This document shows, piece after piece, positions 15,282 to 24,424 of a stretch of DNA of 64,000 bases. This DNA comes from Vulcanimicrobiaceae bacterium. GTDB lineage: Bacteria; Methylomirabilota; Methylomirabilia; Methylomirabilales; 2-02-FULL-66-22. Where the stretch lies: assembly GCA_035505475.1 (NCBI GenBank), contig DATJQT010000238.1, forward strand, positions 1,755 through 65,754, written 5' to 3'. The notes under the pieces are model-generated. The model ran no database searches. It had not been told where the DNA came from and was given only the letters and a program-made list of their open reading frames with translations. Numbering within the stretch: the first letter of the stretch is position 1; the number at the start of each line of letters is the position of its first letter. The position numbers were made by a program, and so were the translations under genes.

Positions 15282-17198
15282 TCACGGCTCTGGTAGATGA
15301 CACAGGCTGCAGGTGGAGGTTTGGACGAGATCGTCGATGTGGTGCCGCCATGGTCGGAGCAATTCGATCTCCCGGTGACACTTGCGGCAGTCGTAGTCCC
15401 GCTCGGTCGCCTTATTGTGAACCCGCCCAAAATGCCAGTAGCCGGATTGGGAGGCGAAAAACATCATCGGAAGTCGGTGGCAGATCTTGCAGACAAAGCT
15501 GCTGCGCGGATTTTCCGATGCCGTGATAACGGAGGCTGACAGGGGTGCGCGGGCCTCTGGAAGCGCAGTGGAGCTTGGGTCGGCAACGCCGGTGGCGATA
15601 AAGCGGCCTGCCCTGCGCCCTTGCAGGAGGGACGGCCCGAGAAACGTTCCTTCCAGGCCGGCTTTGCCGTTGACGCCGCCTAGTCCGGATGCTTCCCCGA
15701 CTGCAAAAAGACCGGCAATTGGCTTGTCGTCGGCACCCAGCACTCGGCAATTAACGTCGATCTTCAGTCCGCCCATGTTCTTGCGGGTCATCGGAAACAG
15801 TTGCATCGCGTAATAGGGCGGCGTATCCAGCGGCGGCGGCACGGAGGGACGCACGAGTGCAAAATCCATCAGCAAAGAGTCCTGCGCATGCCGTCCGAAC
15901 CGCAGGAACTCGGTATCATCGCGATCCTGGACGAGCCGATTGTAGCGAACTATTGAAGCTTCCAATTGCTCCGCCGGGAGCCCCGTTTTTTGCGCCAGTT
16001 CGGCCCAGGTTTGGCCCTGCTTCGTCACCGCAGAATTGTCGACGAGGAGCGTCCGTACCGCTTTGGGGTCGGCCCAATCGGTGCCGGAGCAATCCAGAGA
16101 ATTGACGCTCTTTGCGTCAAAGATCATCCAATAGCTCGCCGGCTTTTGCTGCATCAAGGCGGCCAAGGCAAGTTGGGCAGCAAGCCATTCATTCACAAAT
16201 CGCTTGCCCTGCGCGTTGATCCAGACGGCGTTTATGTTCGTGACCTTGACTCCCCGGGTCTCGTGGGGAAAGCGGGGATCGGGAACGCCGCACGCGTAAT
16301 GCCATTGGTGGTCCAACCGGTGGGTGGCGCCTCCGACAGCGGTTCCCATTGCGATGCCGGAGCCGTCGGAATTTGTGCTGGCGCCGAGCAGCAGGCGATC
16401 TGGCTTTGGTAAAGCGCCCGGCCAATTGGTGCGCACGAGTTGCTCGTTGCCCTGAAAACCGCCGGTGGCAAGGACGACCGCGCGCGCCTCGAATCGAACC
16501 TTCGCGCCCGTGCGCAGGTTTGTGCCAACCGCACCAATGACAATGTCGTTGCGGGACAGTAATTTATCAATCCTGGTGTTCCAGGAGAACTGGATCCGCT
16601 CGCTCCTCAGACAGTCGCGGTAGATTGGGAGCACAACGCCGAGTCCCTCTTGCGGATTTCGATGGAAGCGTGGGAGATGATTTCCCCCGGCCTGATTGAG
16701 GGCCGTGAAACGGACGCCTAAATCCGTCAGCCAATCGTAGATTTCCCGGCGCGAATCGCGCACGTAGATGTGGACCCAGGCAGGATCCGCGTCCTCGCCC
16801 CATTTCAACATGTCGTCCTCCGCAAGCGCGGAGGAGTCCTGGATGCCGTGGCTGCGCTGCAACGGAGTGCCGACGATCCAAAGGCCCCCGGTCGAAACGA
16901 CACCGTTGCCGCCGAACACCGAACTTCTCTCCGCCACGATGACACTCCTGCCGCCGTGGGCGGCTTCCCAGGCAGTACTCAGACCGCTGACGCCGCCCCC
17001 TACAACCAGTACGTCGGTGGACACGACTTGCTCCCGTCCGTGGCGGAGCGCAACTAATGCCAAGATTCCCAAGAGCAGTATGCCGGCGGCCAGACCGACG
17101 CAGAATTGGATGCGTTTCCTACAGGGCCGGGGGCGTGGGGCGGCCACGCGTCGGATTTGCTCGCGGATGCTGTTACGTATATCACGGATAGTCCTCAT
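15282..17198 (-). CDS. membrane-anchored FAD-dependent oxidoreductase (FAD_binding_2 / fumarate-reductase-like) fused to a C-terminal tri-haem c domain
   Basis: N-terminal TM (FCVGLAAGILLLGILALVAL). Dinucleotide fold VLVVGGGVSGLSTAWEAAHGGRSVIVAE. Flavoprotein C-terminal motif FAVGEASG. Three CXXCH motifs (CKICH, CRKCH, CSLCH) lie in the last 69 residues (nt 15285-15491). Confidence 0.8.
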   Translation of the reverse strand: MRTIRDIRNSIREQIRRVAAPRPRPCRKRIQFCVGLAAGILLLGILALVALRHGREQVVSTDVLVVGGGVSGLSTAWEAAHGGRSVIVAERSSVFGGNGVVSTGGLWIVGTPLQRSHGIQDSSALAEDDMLKWGEDADPAWVHIYVRDSRREIYDWLTDLGVRFTALNQAGGNHLPRFHRNPQEGLGVVLPIYRDCLRSERIQFSWNTRIDKLLSRNDIVIGAVGTNLRTGAKVRFEARAVVLATGGFQGNEQLVRTNWPGALPKPDRLLLGASTNSDGSGIAMGTAVGGATHRLDHQWHYACGVPDPRFPHETRGVKVTNINAVWINAQGKRFVNEWLAAQLALAALMQQKPASYWMIFDAKSVNSLDCSGTDWADPKAVRTLLVDNSAVTKQGQTWAELAQKTGLPAEQLEASIVRYNRLVQDRDDTEFLRFGRHAQDSLLMDFALVRPSVPPPLDTPPYYAMQLFPMTRKNMGGLKIDVNCRVLGADDKPIAGLFAVGEASGLGGVNGKAGLEGTFLGPSLLQGRRAGRFIATGVADPSSTALPEARAPLSASVITASENPRSSFVCKICHRLPMMFFASQSGYWHFGRVHNKATERDYDCRKCHREIELLRPWRHHIDDLVQTSTCSLCHLPEP

Positions 17199-17541
17199 GA
17201 CATGATCCCGGTTCTCCCAACTACTGGAGGGATCGATTCCGGGTGGGGGAATAGGAAGAGGCCATGATGCCGAAAATAAGGTCCTCGTCGTTAGGAGGGG
17301 ACAGTGGCAAGAGCGCCACAGGAAACCTCTGGAAAGGGATGTCGCGGATGCCGCGCCCCTCGGCGTAACGGAGGGTCCGCTCCTCCTCCGCCGCGAAACG
17401 TTTGCTCTTCATGGTCTGGGCCTCTGCCTCACGAGGGCACGATCCCGTCATCTGGTCCGGAGAATACGAGCCACACCACTCAGTCATGAGAAACAAGAAA
17501 TATTTGTTGCAGCATCAAACGTCAAGTGTTTAGCTGGCGAC

Positions 17542-18456
17542 GTGATTTGCACCCTAGTTGTCCTAGCGGCTGGGCTTGGCAGCCGCTATAGCGGGTTGAA
17601 GCAGCTCGATGAGGTCGGCCCCCGGGGCGAGACCATGCTCGACTACTCCGTCTTGGATGCGGTGCGGGCGGGTTTTGACCGCGTGGTGTTCGTGATTCGG
17701 CGGGATCTTGAGGCAAAATTTCGGGCCCGGATTGGTGCGAAATATGCCGATGTGGTCCGGATCGACTACGCGTTCCAAACGCTTGATGCCCTCCCAGGTG
17801 GATTCACGCCCCCGGCGGGGCGGACCAAGCCATGGGGGACGGGCCATGCCACTTGGTGTGCACGAACCGCCATCAATGGGCCGTTCGCAGTCATCAATGC
17901 CGACGATTTCTACGGCCAGGATTCGTTCGCCCAACTCGCGTCTTTTTTTCGTTCCAATGCGAATGGCGCCGCCGCCCAGCCGTTGTTTGCCAGCGTCGGT
18001 TTTCGGCTGACCAACACCCTCTCGGAAAACGGTGCAGTTTCGCGTGGTCTTTGTGGCGTCAGGAGCGATGGTTCGCTTGAGAGCGTGACCGAGCATACTG
18101 GCATCCGGAGCGAAGACGTTGGGCCGGGGCTGGCCTTTTCGGGCCAGGAGATCGTCTCAATGAATTGCTGGGGTTTTACACCAGCACTCTTCCCGGCGCT
18201 GGGCCGTCGGTTGGAGGACTTCCTGCGGAAACACAGTGCCGATCCCAAGGCGGAATTCTATCTTCCGGCTGCGGTGTCTGACATGATTGCGGCTGGCGAG
18301 GCCCGGGTGCGGCTCTTGCCCACGAACGCGATGTGGCTGGGAATCACCTACCGCGAAGACCGGCCACGCGTGATGGCGGCGCTCGCGGAACGGGAGCGCG
18401 CCGGCGGAGATCCGGCGGCATTGACGAAGACAGCCGGGCTCGCGGGTGTTCGATGA
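17542..18456 (+). CDS. sugar-1-phosphate nucleotidyltransferase (NTP_transferase family)
   Basis: N-terminal VVLAAGLGSRY (GxGxR pyrophosphorylase motif). 304 aa. Its stop overlaps the start of the kinase gene (ATGA at 18453-18456). Confidence 0.8.
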   Translation: MICTLVVLAAGLGSRYSGLKQLDEVGPRGETMLDYSVLDAVRAGFDRVVFVIRRDLEAKFRARIGAKYADVVRIDYAFQTLDALPGGFTPPAGRTKPWGTGHATWCARTAINGPFAVINADDFYGQDSFAQLASFFRSNANGAAAQPLFASVGFRLTNTLSENGAVSRGLCGVRSDGSLESVTEHTGIRSEDVGPGLAFSGQEIVSMNCWGFTPALFPALGRRLEDFLRKHSADPKAEFYLPAAVSDMIAAGEARVRLLPTNAMWLGITYREDRPRVMAALAERERAGGDPAALTKTAGLAGVR

Positions 18457-19592
18457 GTACCTCTGGACCAATTGCCCACCGCGTGGACCTCGGCGCGATT
18501 GCACAGGGGTTCCCATCGCTGGGCCGCTTCCAAGGCGGCGGACCTTATGGAAGCGGTCACATCAACGACACGTTTGCGGTCATTTTTGACCGAGCCGGCA
18601 CGCTGACACGTTACATCTTCCAGAGAATCAACCACCGCATATTCAAGGACGTGCCGGCGTTGATGGACAACATCCAGCGCGTGACCGCCCACGCTGCGAC
18701 GAAAGCTCACGCCGCCAGCGGGGCGGACGTGTCACGGCGCGTCCTCACCCTCGTTCCTGCGCGTGACGGCCGGCCGTTTCATCAAGATCCGCATGGCTCT
18801 TATTGGCGTTGTTATCTTTTCATCGAGAAAGCGCGCACCTACGACGTGATCGAGAACCCAAAGCAGGCTTACGAGGCGGCCCGCGCGTTCGGGGCGTTCC
18901 AGCAGATGCTGGTTGACCTGCCGGGCAACCGCCTGCACGAGACAATCCCGTTTTTTCACCATACGCGGCAGCGTTTTGAAGCCCTGCGCGCCGCAGTCGC
19001 GGCCGATCGGCGCGGGCGCCGGCCCGCCGCGGCGTCCGAGTTGGAGTTTGCGTTTGCCCGCGAGGGCCTGGTGGATGTCCTGCTCGACCTGCAGGAGTGC
19101 GGCGAGATTCCGGAGCGCGTCACCCACAACGACACCAAGCTCAACAACGTGATGCTGGACGACGCCACTCAGGAGGGAATCTGTGTCATCGATCTTGACA
19201 CCGTGATGCCGGGTCTCGCCCTCTATGACTTTGGAGACATGGTGCGCTCCGCCACCAGCGTCGCCGCCGAGGACGATCGCGACCTCGGCCGAGTGGCGAT
19301 GCGGATGCCGATCTACGAGGCGCTCGTGGCCGGCTACCTCGCTTCGGCCGGCCGCTTCCTCAACGCCGCCGAGCGCGCCCACCTCGCCTTTTCGGGGAAG
19401 CTGATTACCTTTGAAATCGGACTCCGGTTTCTCACGGATTACCTGGAGGGCGACGTCTACTTCAAAACCAAGCGGCCGGGCCACAACCTGGACCGGGCGC
19501 GCAACCAGTTCGCCCTCGTGCGGAGCATCGAACAACAGGAGCCGGCGATGCAGGCGGTGGTCGAACGCTTCGCCCGGAACGCCCCGCCGTGA
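18453..19592 (+). CDS. anomeric sugar kinase, APH-fold, N-acetylhexosamine 1-kinase (NahK)-like
   Basis: Start taken at ATG 18453 (MSTSGPIAH...). Motifs GSGHINDTFAV...FQRINHRIF, catalytic loop HNDTKLNNVMLD and VIDLDTV fit the NahK/aminoglycoside-phosphotransferase family. Confidence 0.75.
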   Translation: MSTSGPIAHRVDLGAIAQGFPSLGRFQGGGPYGSGHINDTFAVIFDRAGTLTRYIFQRINHRIFKDVPALMDNIQRVTAHAATKAHAASGADVSRRVLTLVPARDGRPFHQDPHGSYWRCYLFIEKARTYDVIENPKQAYEAARAFGAFQQMLVDLPGNRLHETIPFFHHTRQRFEALRAAVAADRRGRRPAAASELEFAFAREGLVDVLLDLQECGEIPERVTHNDTKLNNVMLDDATQEGICVIDLDTVMPGLALYDFGDMVRSATSVAAEDDRDLGRVAMRMPIYEALVAGYLASAGRFLNAAERAHLAFSGKLITFEIGLRFLTDYLEGDVYFKTKRPGHNLDRARNQFALVRSIEQQEPAMQAVVERFARNAPP

Positions 19593-20500
19593 AAGCCCTT
19601 ATCACCGGAGGGGCAGGGTTCATCGGCAGTCACCTCGCCGCGCAATTGCAGGGGCGGGCCGCTGTGCGCGTGCTCGATAACCTGCGGACGGGCCGGCGGC
19701 GGAACTTGAACGGTCTGGAGGTTGAGTTCATCGAGGGCTCGATTCTGGACCGCGACACGGTGTGCCAGGCCATGCGCGGCATCGACCAGGTGTTTCACCT
19801 TGCGGCGCTGGTAAGCGTGCCGGAGTCCGTGCGCGAGCCACGCGCCTGCGTCGAGATCAACGTGCTTGGCCTGCTCAACGTGCTCCAAGCTGCCGCGGAC
19901 GCCGGCGTCAGGAAACTCTGCTTCGCCAGTTCGGCGGCGGTTTATGGCGACAATCCGACCGTGCCGAAGACCGAGGATATGGTGCCGGAGCCCCGCAGCC
20001 CCTACGCGGTGACGAAATTCGACGGAGAGTGCTACTGTCGCCAGTTCACCGAGGCCGGCCGGCTCGAAACTGTCGCCCTGCGCTTCTTCAACGTCTTCGG
20101 CTCGCGTCAGGATCCGGAGAGCCCGTACGCCGCCGCCGTGCCGATTTTCCTCCGCCAGGCGCTGGCCAGCGAGCCGCTGACGATATTTGGTGACGGCCGG
20201 CAGACGCGCGATTTCATCGCCGTGCAGGACATCGCGGCGGCGTGTCGCTTCGTCGCCGAGACACCGGGGCTCACGGGTGTCTTCAATGCCGGCTATGGCA
20301 GCGCCGTCACCGTGCTCGATTTAGCGCGGCGGATCATCGCGCTCACCGGGTCGCGCTCAGTCATCCAGCACGCGCCGGAGCGGCCGGGCGACGTGCGCCA
20401 TTCGCGGGCGGCTGTGGACAAGCTGCGCGCTGCGGGCTTCCTGCCCTCAGGCTCCCTCGAATCCGGGCTGGCCGCGATGATCGCGTCCCTGCGCCCTTGA
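19589..20500 (+). CDS. NAD-dependent sugar-nucleotide 4-epimerase/dehydratase (SDR, GalE-like)
   Basis: GTG start in a GTGA overlap with the kinase stop. Contains ITGGAGFIGSHL and the catalytic YAVTK (YxxxK). 303 aa. Confidence 0.85.
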   Translation: MKALITGGAGFIGSHLAAQLQGRAAVRVLDNLRTGRRRNLNGLEVEFIEGSILDRDTVCQAMRGIDQVFHLAALVSVPESVREPRACVEINVLGLLNVLQAAADAGVRKLCFASSAAVYGDNPTVPKTEDMVPEPRSPYAVTKFDGECYCRQFTEAGRLETVALRFFNVFGSRQDPESPYAAAVPIFLRQALASEPLTIFGDGRQTRDFIAVQDIAAACRFVAETPGLTGVFNAGYGSAVTVLDLARRIIALTGSRSVIQHAPERPGDVRHSRAAVDKLRAAGFLPSGSLESGLAAMIASLRP

Positions 20501-20512
20501 CTCCCCGTCACC

Positions 20513-22423
20513 ATGGACACTCCAAACCTGGAAAGCCGACAGCGCGAGCGCATCCGGACGGAGATCTTTGCGACGGCGGATGAGGCTGCGCGCCTGCTCG
20601 CCGACGAAATCGCCGGGTTGATCCGTGGCAACGACGGCGCGCACCGGCCGACTGTGCTCGGCCTCGCCACGGGCTCCACGCCCGTGCGCCTCTACCGCCA
20701 GCTCATCCGGCTGCACCGCGAAGCTGGGCTCAGTTTCCGGAACGTCATCACCTTTAATCTCGACGAGTACTACGGCCTGCCGCGCTCGCATCCGGAGAGC
20801 TACTGGCGCTTCATGCACGAACAGCTCTTCGCCCATATCGACATCCCCGCGAATCACGTCCACGTGCCCGACGGCCTGGTACCGCGCCCGGAGGTCTTCG
20901 CCTGGTGCCAGCACTACGAGCAGCAAATCCGCGATGCCGGCGGGCTCGACTTGCAGGTTCTCGGCATCGGCCGCACCGGCCACGTCGGCTTCAACGAACC
21001 GGGCTCGGCCCGCGAGTCCCGCACGAGGCTGGTCACCCTTGACCGGCTCACCCGCCGCGATGCGGCCCGCGATTTTCTCGGTGAGGCCAACGTGCCGCGG
21101 CATGCCCTCACGATGGGCGTGGGCACCATTTGGGAGGCGCGACGGATCGTCCTCCTCGCCTGGGGCCAGGCCAAGGCCCGCGTGGTGGCGGACGCCGTCG
21201 AACGACCCGCGAGCGACGCGCTGCCCGCCAGTTTCCTGCAGGGCCATCCCGATGCGCGCTTTCTCGTCGACGAGGCGGCGGCCGCTGAGCTCACGCGCGC
21301 GAAACACCCCTGGCTCGCCGGCACGGTGTCATGGTCTCCGGCTTTGGCGCGCCGAGCGGTCGTGTGGTTGGCGCGCACCGTGGACAAGCCGGTGCTCAAG
21401 CTGCTGGACGAGCATTACAGCGAGCACGGCATGGCCGATCTGCTCACCGAGCACGGTCCGGCCTACGGGCTTAACATCCGGATCTTCAACGAGCTCCAGC
21501 ACACGATAACCGGCTGGCCAGGCGGCAAGCCCGAGGCGGACGACACCCATCGCCCGGAACGCGCGCGACCGTTCCCGAAGCGGGTCGTGGTCTTCAGCCC
21601 TGAGCCTTCCGACGATGTGCTGGGGATGGGAGGCACGCTACGGCGACTGGTGGAACAGGACCACGAGGTGTGGGTGGTGTACCAGACCTCCGGCAACCTT
21701 GCCGTGCCCGACGACGACGTTGCCATGGCGACGGAATTCGTCGGCGAGCTGACGAATGCCGACCGGGCGAACGGCAACCCCGAAGGCGGCCTGCTACAGC
21801 AGGCCCGCCAGCAACTGGCGGCGAAGTCCGCGTTCGAGGTAGATCCGCCTGAACTCCGCCGCCTCAAGGGCTTCGTCCGCCGCGCCGAGGCCCGCGCCGC
21901 GCTCAAGGTCTGCGGAATTGACGCCGGGCACGCCCGCTTCCTCGACCTGCCGTTCTACGAGAGCGGACGGTACCGCCAGTTCCAAATGGCCGACACCGAT
22001 GCCGCTCTGGTGGCCGACCTGTTGCAGCAGATAAAGCCGCACCAGGTGTTTGCCACCGGTCAGAGGGACGATCCCAGTTCCGTGGCGGCGGTCTGTTTCG
22101 AGATCGTTCGGCGCGCCTTTGCCTTGGTCCGTACAGAACCGTGGACCGGCGACTGCCGCGTCTGGCTCTATCACAGTCCGGACAAGCTCTGGGAGACGTC
22201 CGAAATCGAAATGGCCGTTCCGTTAAGCCCGCGTGAGCTGGCGACGAAGATCCAGGCAATCTTCCACCACCGCAGCCAAAGCAGCCAGAGTCCGATCGAA
22301 TCGGACCTGCGCGAGCCTTGGCAGCAGGCCGAAAACTGCAACCGGGAGACCGCCCGCATTTACGACCGTCTGGGTCTGGCCGAATACGAGGCGCTCGAGG
22401 CATTCCTGCGCCTCGCCCTGTAA
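20513..22423 (+). CDS. nagB: glucosamine-6-phosphate deaminase fused to a C-terminal LmbE/PIG-L-like domain
   Basis: NagB motifs GLATGSTP, NLDEYYGL and GIGRTGHVGFNEPGS occur in residues 1-260. An LmbE-like domain runs from about residue 356 (VVVFSPEPSDDVLGMGGTL). Confidence 0.85.
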   Translation: MDTPNLESRQRERIRTEIFATADEAARLLADEIAGLIRGNDGAHRPTVLGLATGSTPVRLYRQLIRLHREAGLSFRNVITFNLDEYYGLPRSHPESYWRFMHEQLFAHIDIPANHVHVPDGLVPRPEVFAWCQHYEQQIRDAGGLDLQVLGIGRTGHVGFNEPGSARESRTRLVTLDRLTRRDAARDFLGEANVPRHALTMGVGTIWEARRIVLLAWGQAKARVVADAVERPASDALPASFLQGHPDARFLVDEAAAAELTRAKHPWLAGTVSWSPALARRAVVWLARTVDKPVLKLLDEHYSEHGMADLLTEHGPAYGLNIRIFNELQHTITGWPGGKPEADDTHRPERARPFPKRVVVFSPEPSDDVLGMGGTLRRLVEQDHEVWVVYQTSGNLAVPDDDVAMATEFVGELTNADRANGNPEGGLLQQARQQLAAKSAFEVDPPELRRLKGFVRRAEARAALKVCGIDAGHARFLDLPFYESGRYRQFQMADTDAALVADLLQQIKPHQVFATGQRDDPSSVAAVCFEIVRRAFALVRTEPWTGDCRVWLYHSPDKLWETSEIEMAVPLSPRELATKIQAIFHHRSQSSQSPIESDLREPWQQAENCNRETARIYDRLGLAEYEALEAFLRLAL

Positions 22424-22444
22424 ACCCACCGATCGCGAAAGGCC

Positions 22445-24424
22445 ATGAAGCTCGTCGCCATCGACTGGGTCATCGTCGTTTGCTCGCTGTTCATCTGTTT
22501 TGTCCCTGCGCTGTTCTTCGGCCGGCGCGCGGGACGAAATACCTCCGAGTTCTTCGCCTCCGGCCGCTCCGTTCCGTGGTGGCTGGCGGGATTATCGATG
22601 GTCGCGACGACCTTCAGCAGCGATACCCCGAACTGGGTTACCCAGCAGGTGCGCCAGTACGGCGTGGCGGGCAATTGGCAGTGGTGGGCGTTCGTTCTCA
22701 CCGGCGTGTCCACGGTGTTCTTCTTCGCCCGCCTCTGGCGGCGCTCCGGGGTGATGACCGACTTGGAGTACTACGAGCTGCGCTATTCCGGCCGGGCGGC
22801 CTCGGTGGTCCGCGGCTTCCGCGCGGTGTACCTCGGCCTGTTCTTTAACTGCTTCATCATGGGCATGGTCACGCTCGCGGCGTGCAAGATCGCCAACATC
22901 CTCTTCGGCCTCTCACCGTGGCAGACCATTTTGGTCTGCGGCGTGCTCAACGTTATCTTCGCGGCGCACTCGGGTTTGTGGGGTGTGCTCGTCATCGACA
23001 TGGTGCAGTTCTTCATCAAGATGACGGCGGTCGTCGCGGCGGCGTATTTCGGCCTCAAGGAGGTGGCGCGGCACACCGGGGTTGGAGACGGCGCGCTGGC
23101 GGGGCTGCACCAGCTGGTCGCCCTGCTTGGCACCCGGCAAGTCATCTTTCACCCCGGCGCGCAGCCGGTACTGTCGGCGATCGACGGCCGCGGCCAGCCG
23201 ATGCTCGACCTGCTGCCGAATTTCTCCACCGGCGAGCTGGTGTTGATGATCTTCATCGTGCCGCTCGCGATTGGCTGGTGGGCCAATTGGTATCCGGGGG
23301 CCGAGCCGGGCGGTGGCAGCTACATCGCGCAACGCATGCTCGCCTCGAAGTCCGAGAAGGACGCGCTCGGGGCGACGCTGTTCTTCAACGTCGCACACTA
23401 CGTAGTGCGCCCGTGGCCGTGGATCATCACCGCTCTCTGCTCGGTGATCATCTTCCCGCGGCTGCAGGACATTCAGGCGGCGTTTCCAGGGGCCGACCCG
23501 ACCCTGATCGGCCACGACAGTGCGTTCCCGGCCATGCTTAAGTTCCTGCCGGTTGGCTTCGCGGGTCTTATGGTGGGCGGGCTGATCGCGGCCAATTCCT
23601 CGACCATCCTCACCCACCTCAACTGGGGGTCCTCCTACCTCGTCCACGACTTCTATCGGCGGTTCCTCGTCAAGCAGGCGCCCGAGCGCCACTACGTAAC
23701 CGCAGGCCGCATCTGCACCGGCGGCCTCTATCTCGTGGCTGCGCTGCTGAGCCGGATGCTGACCTCGGCGCAGGACGGCTTCGAGGCGCTGATCTCGATT
23801 GGGGCCGGCACGGGCTTGCTCTATCTGCTGCGCTGGTTCTGGTGGCGCATCAACGCGTGGTGCGAAATCGTGGCGATGATCAGCTCGTTCGCGATCTCGG
23901 TGACATTTCTGCTGTTGAAGCGGACCGGCCATGTCCTGCCATTCGCGCACACCGTGTTGTATTCGGTCGCATGCACCACGATCTGTTGGCTGGTGACCGC
24001 GTTTTTGGGAGCGCCCACCAGCCGCGATCGCCTGATCGCATTCTATCGGAAGGTGCACCCTGCCGGGCCGGGATGGGCGAAAATCCGCCGGGAGGCAGAG
24101 GTAACCGAAGCCGAGGTGGCGCTCCACGGGGATCACATGGGCCGGGCGACCCTGGGCTGGATCGCCGGTTGCGCGACGATCTGGTCGTCGCTCTTCGCCA
24201 TTGGCGATTTCCTCTATGGCCGCACTCCCGCGGCCCTGCTGCTCACCGGCGTGTTCGTGGTCAGCGGGGCGGTGTTGCTGGTGGTGATCAGCCGCCTCTG
24301 GGACCGGAGCGGCCGGGCCGGGGAACGGCCCGAAGGCTTGGGGGGCGACCGGCCGCCGGATTTGGTTCCTGGCGGCCGTCAGCCTGCAAGGAGTGAGCAC
24401 TATTTGGACCACCCCGACCATTGA
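22445..24424 (+). CDS. sodium:solute symporter (SSS family) with Arg/Pro/Gly-rich C-terminal tail
   Basis: 659 aa and polytopic. N-terminal pattern NTSEFFASGRSVPWWLAGLSMVATTFSSDTP is typical of SSS transporters. Confidence 0.85.
   Translation: MKLVAIDWVIVVCSLFICFVPALFFGRRAGRNTSEFFASGRSVPWWLAGLSMVATTFSSDTPNWVTQQVRQYGVAGNWQWWAFVLTGVSTVFFFARLWRRSGVMTDLEYYELRYSGRAASVVRGFRAVYLGLFFNCFIMGMVTLAACKIANILFGLSPWQTILVCGVLNVIFAAHSGLWGVLVIDMVQFFIKMTAVVAAAYFGLKEVARHTGVGDGALAGLHQLVALLGTRQVIFHPGAQPVLSAIDGRGQPMLDLLPNFSTGELVLMIFIVPLAIGWWANWYPGAEPGGGSYIAQRMLASKSEKDALGATLFFNVAHYVVRPWPWIITALCSVIIFPRLQDIQAAFPGADPTLIGHDSAFPAMLKFLPVGFAGLMVGGLIAANSSTILTHLNWGSSYLVHDFYRRFLVKQAPERHYVTAGRICTGGLYLVAALLSRMLTSAQDGFEALISIGAGTGLLYLLRWFWWRINAWCEIVAMISSFAISVTFLLLKRTGHVLPFAHTVLYSVACTTICWLVTAFLGAPTSRDRLIAFYRKVHPAGPGWAKIRREAEVTEAEVALHGDHMGRATLGWIAGCATIWSSLFAIGDFLYGRTPAALLLTGVFVVSGAVLLVVISRLWDRSGRAGERPEGLGGDRPPDLVPGGRQPARSEHYLDHPDH

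Noticed and set aside
17221-17496. A 91-aa ORF (or 63 aa from MKSKRF...) 22 nt upstream of the flavocytochrome gene on the same strand.
   Set aside because: It has no recognisable motif, no clear signal or TM segment, and lies in a divergent promoter region. It could be a real small protein, but the sequence alone does not support a call.
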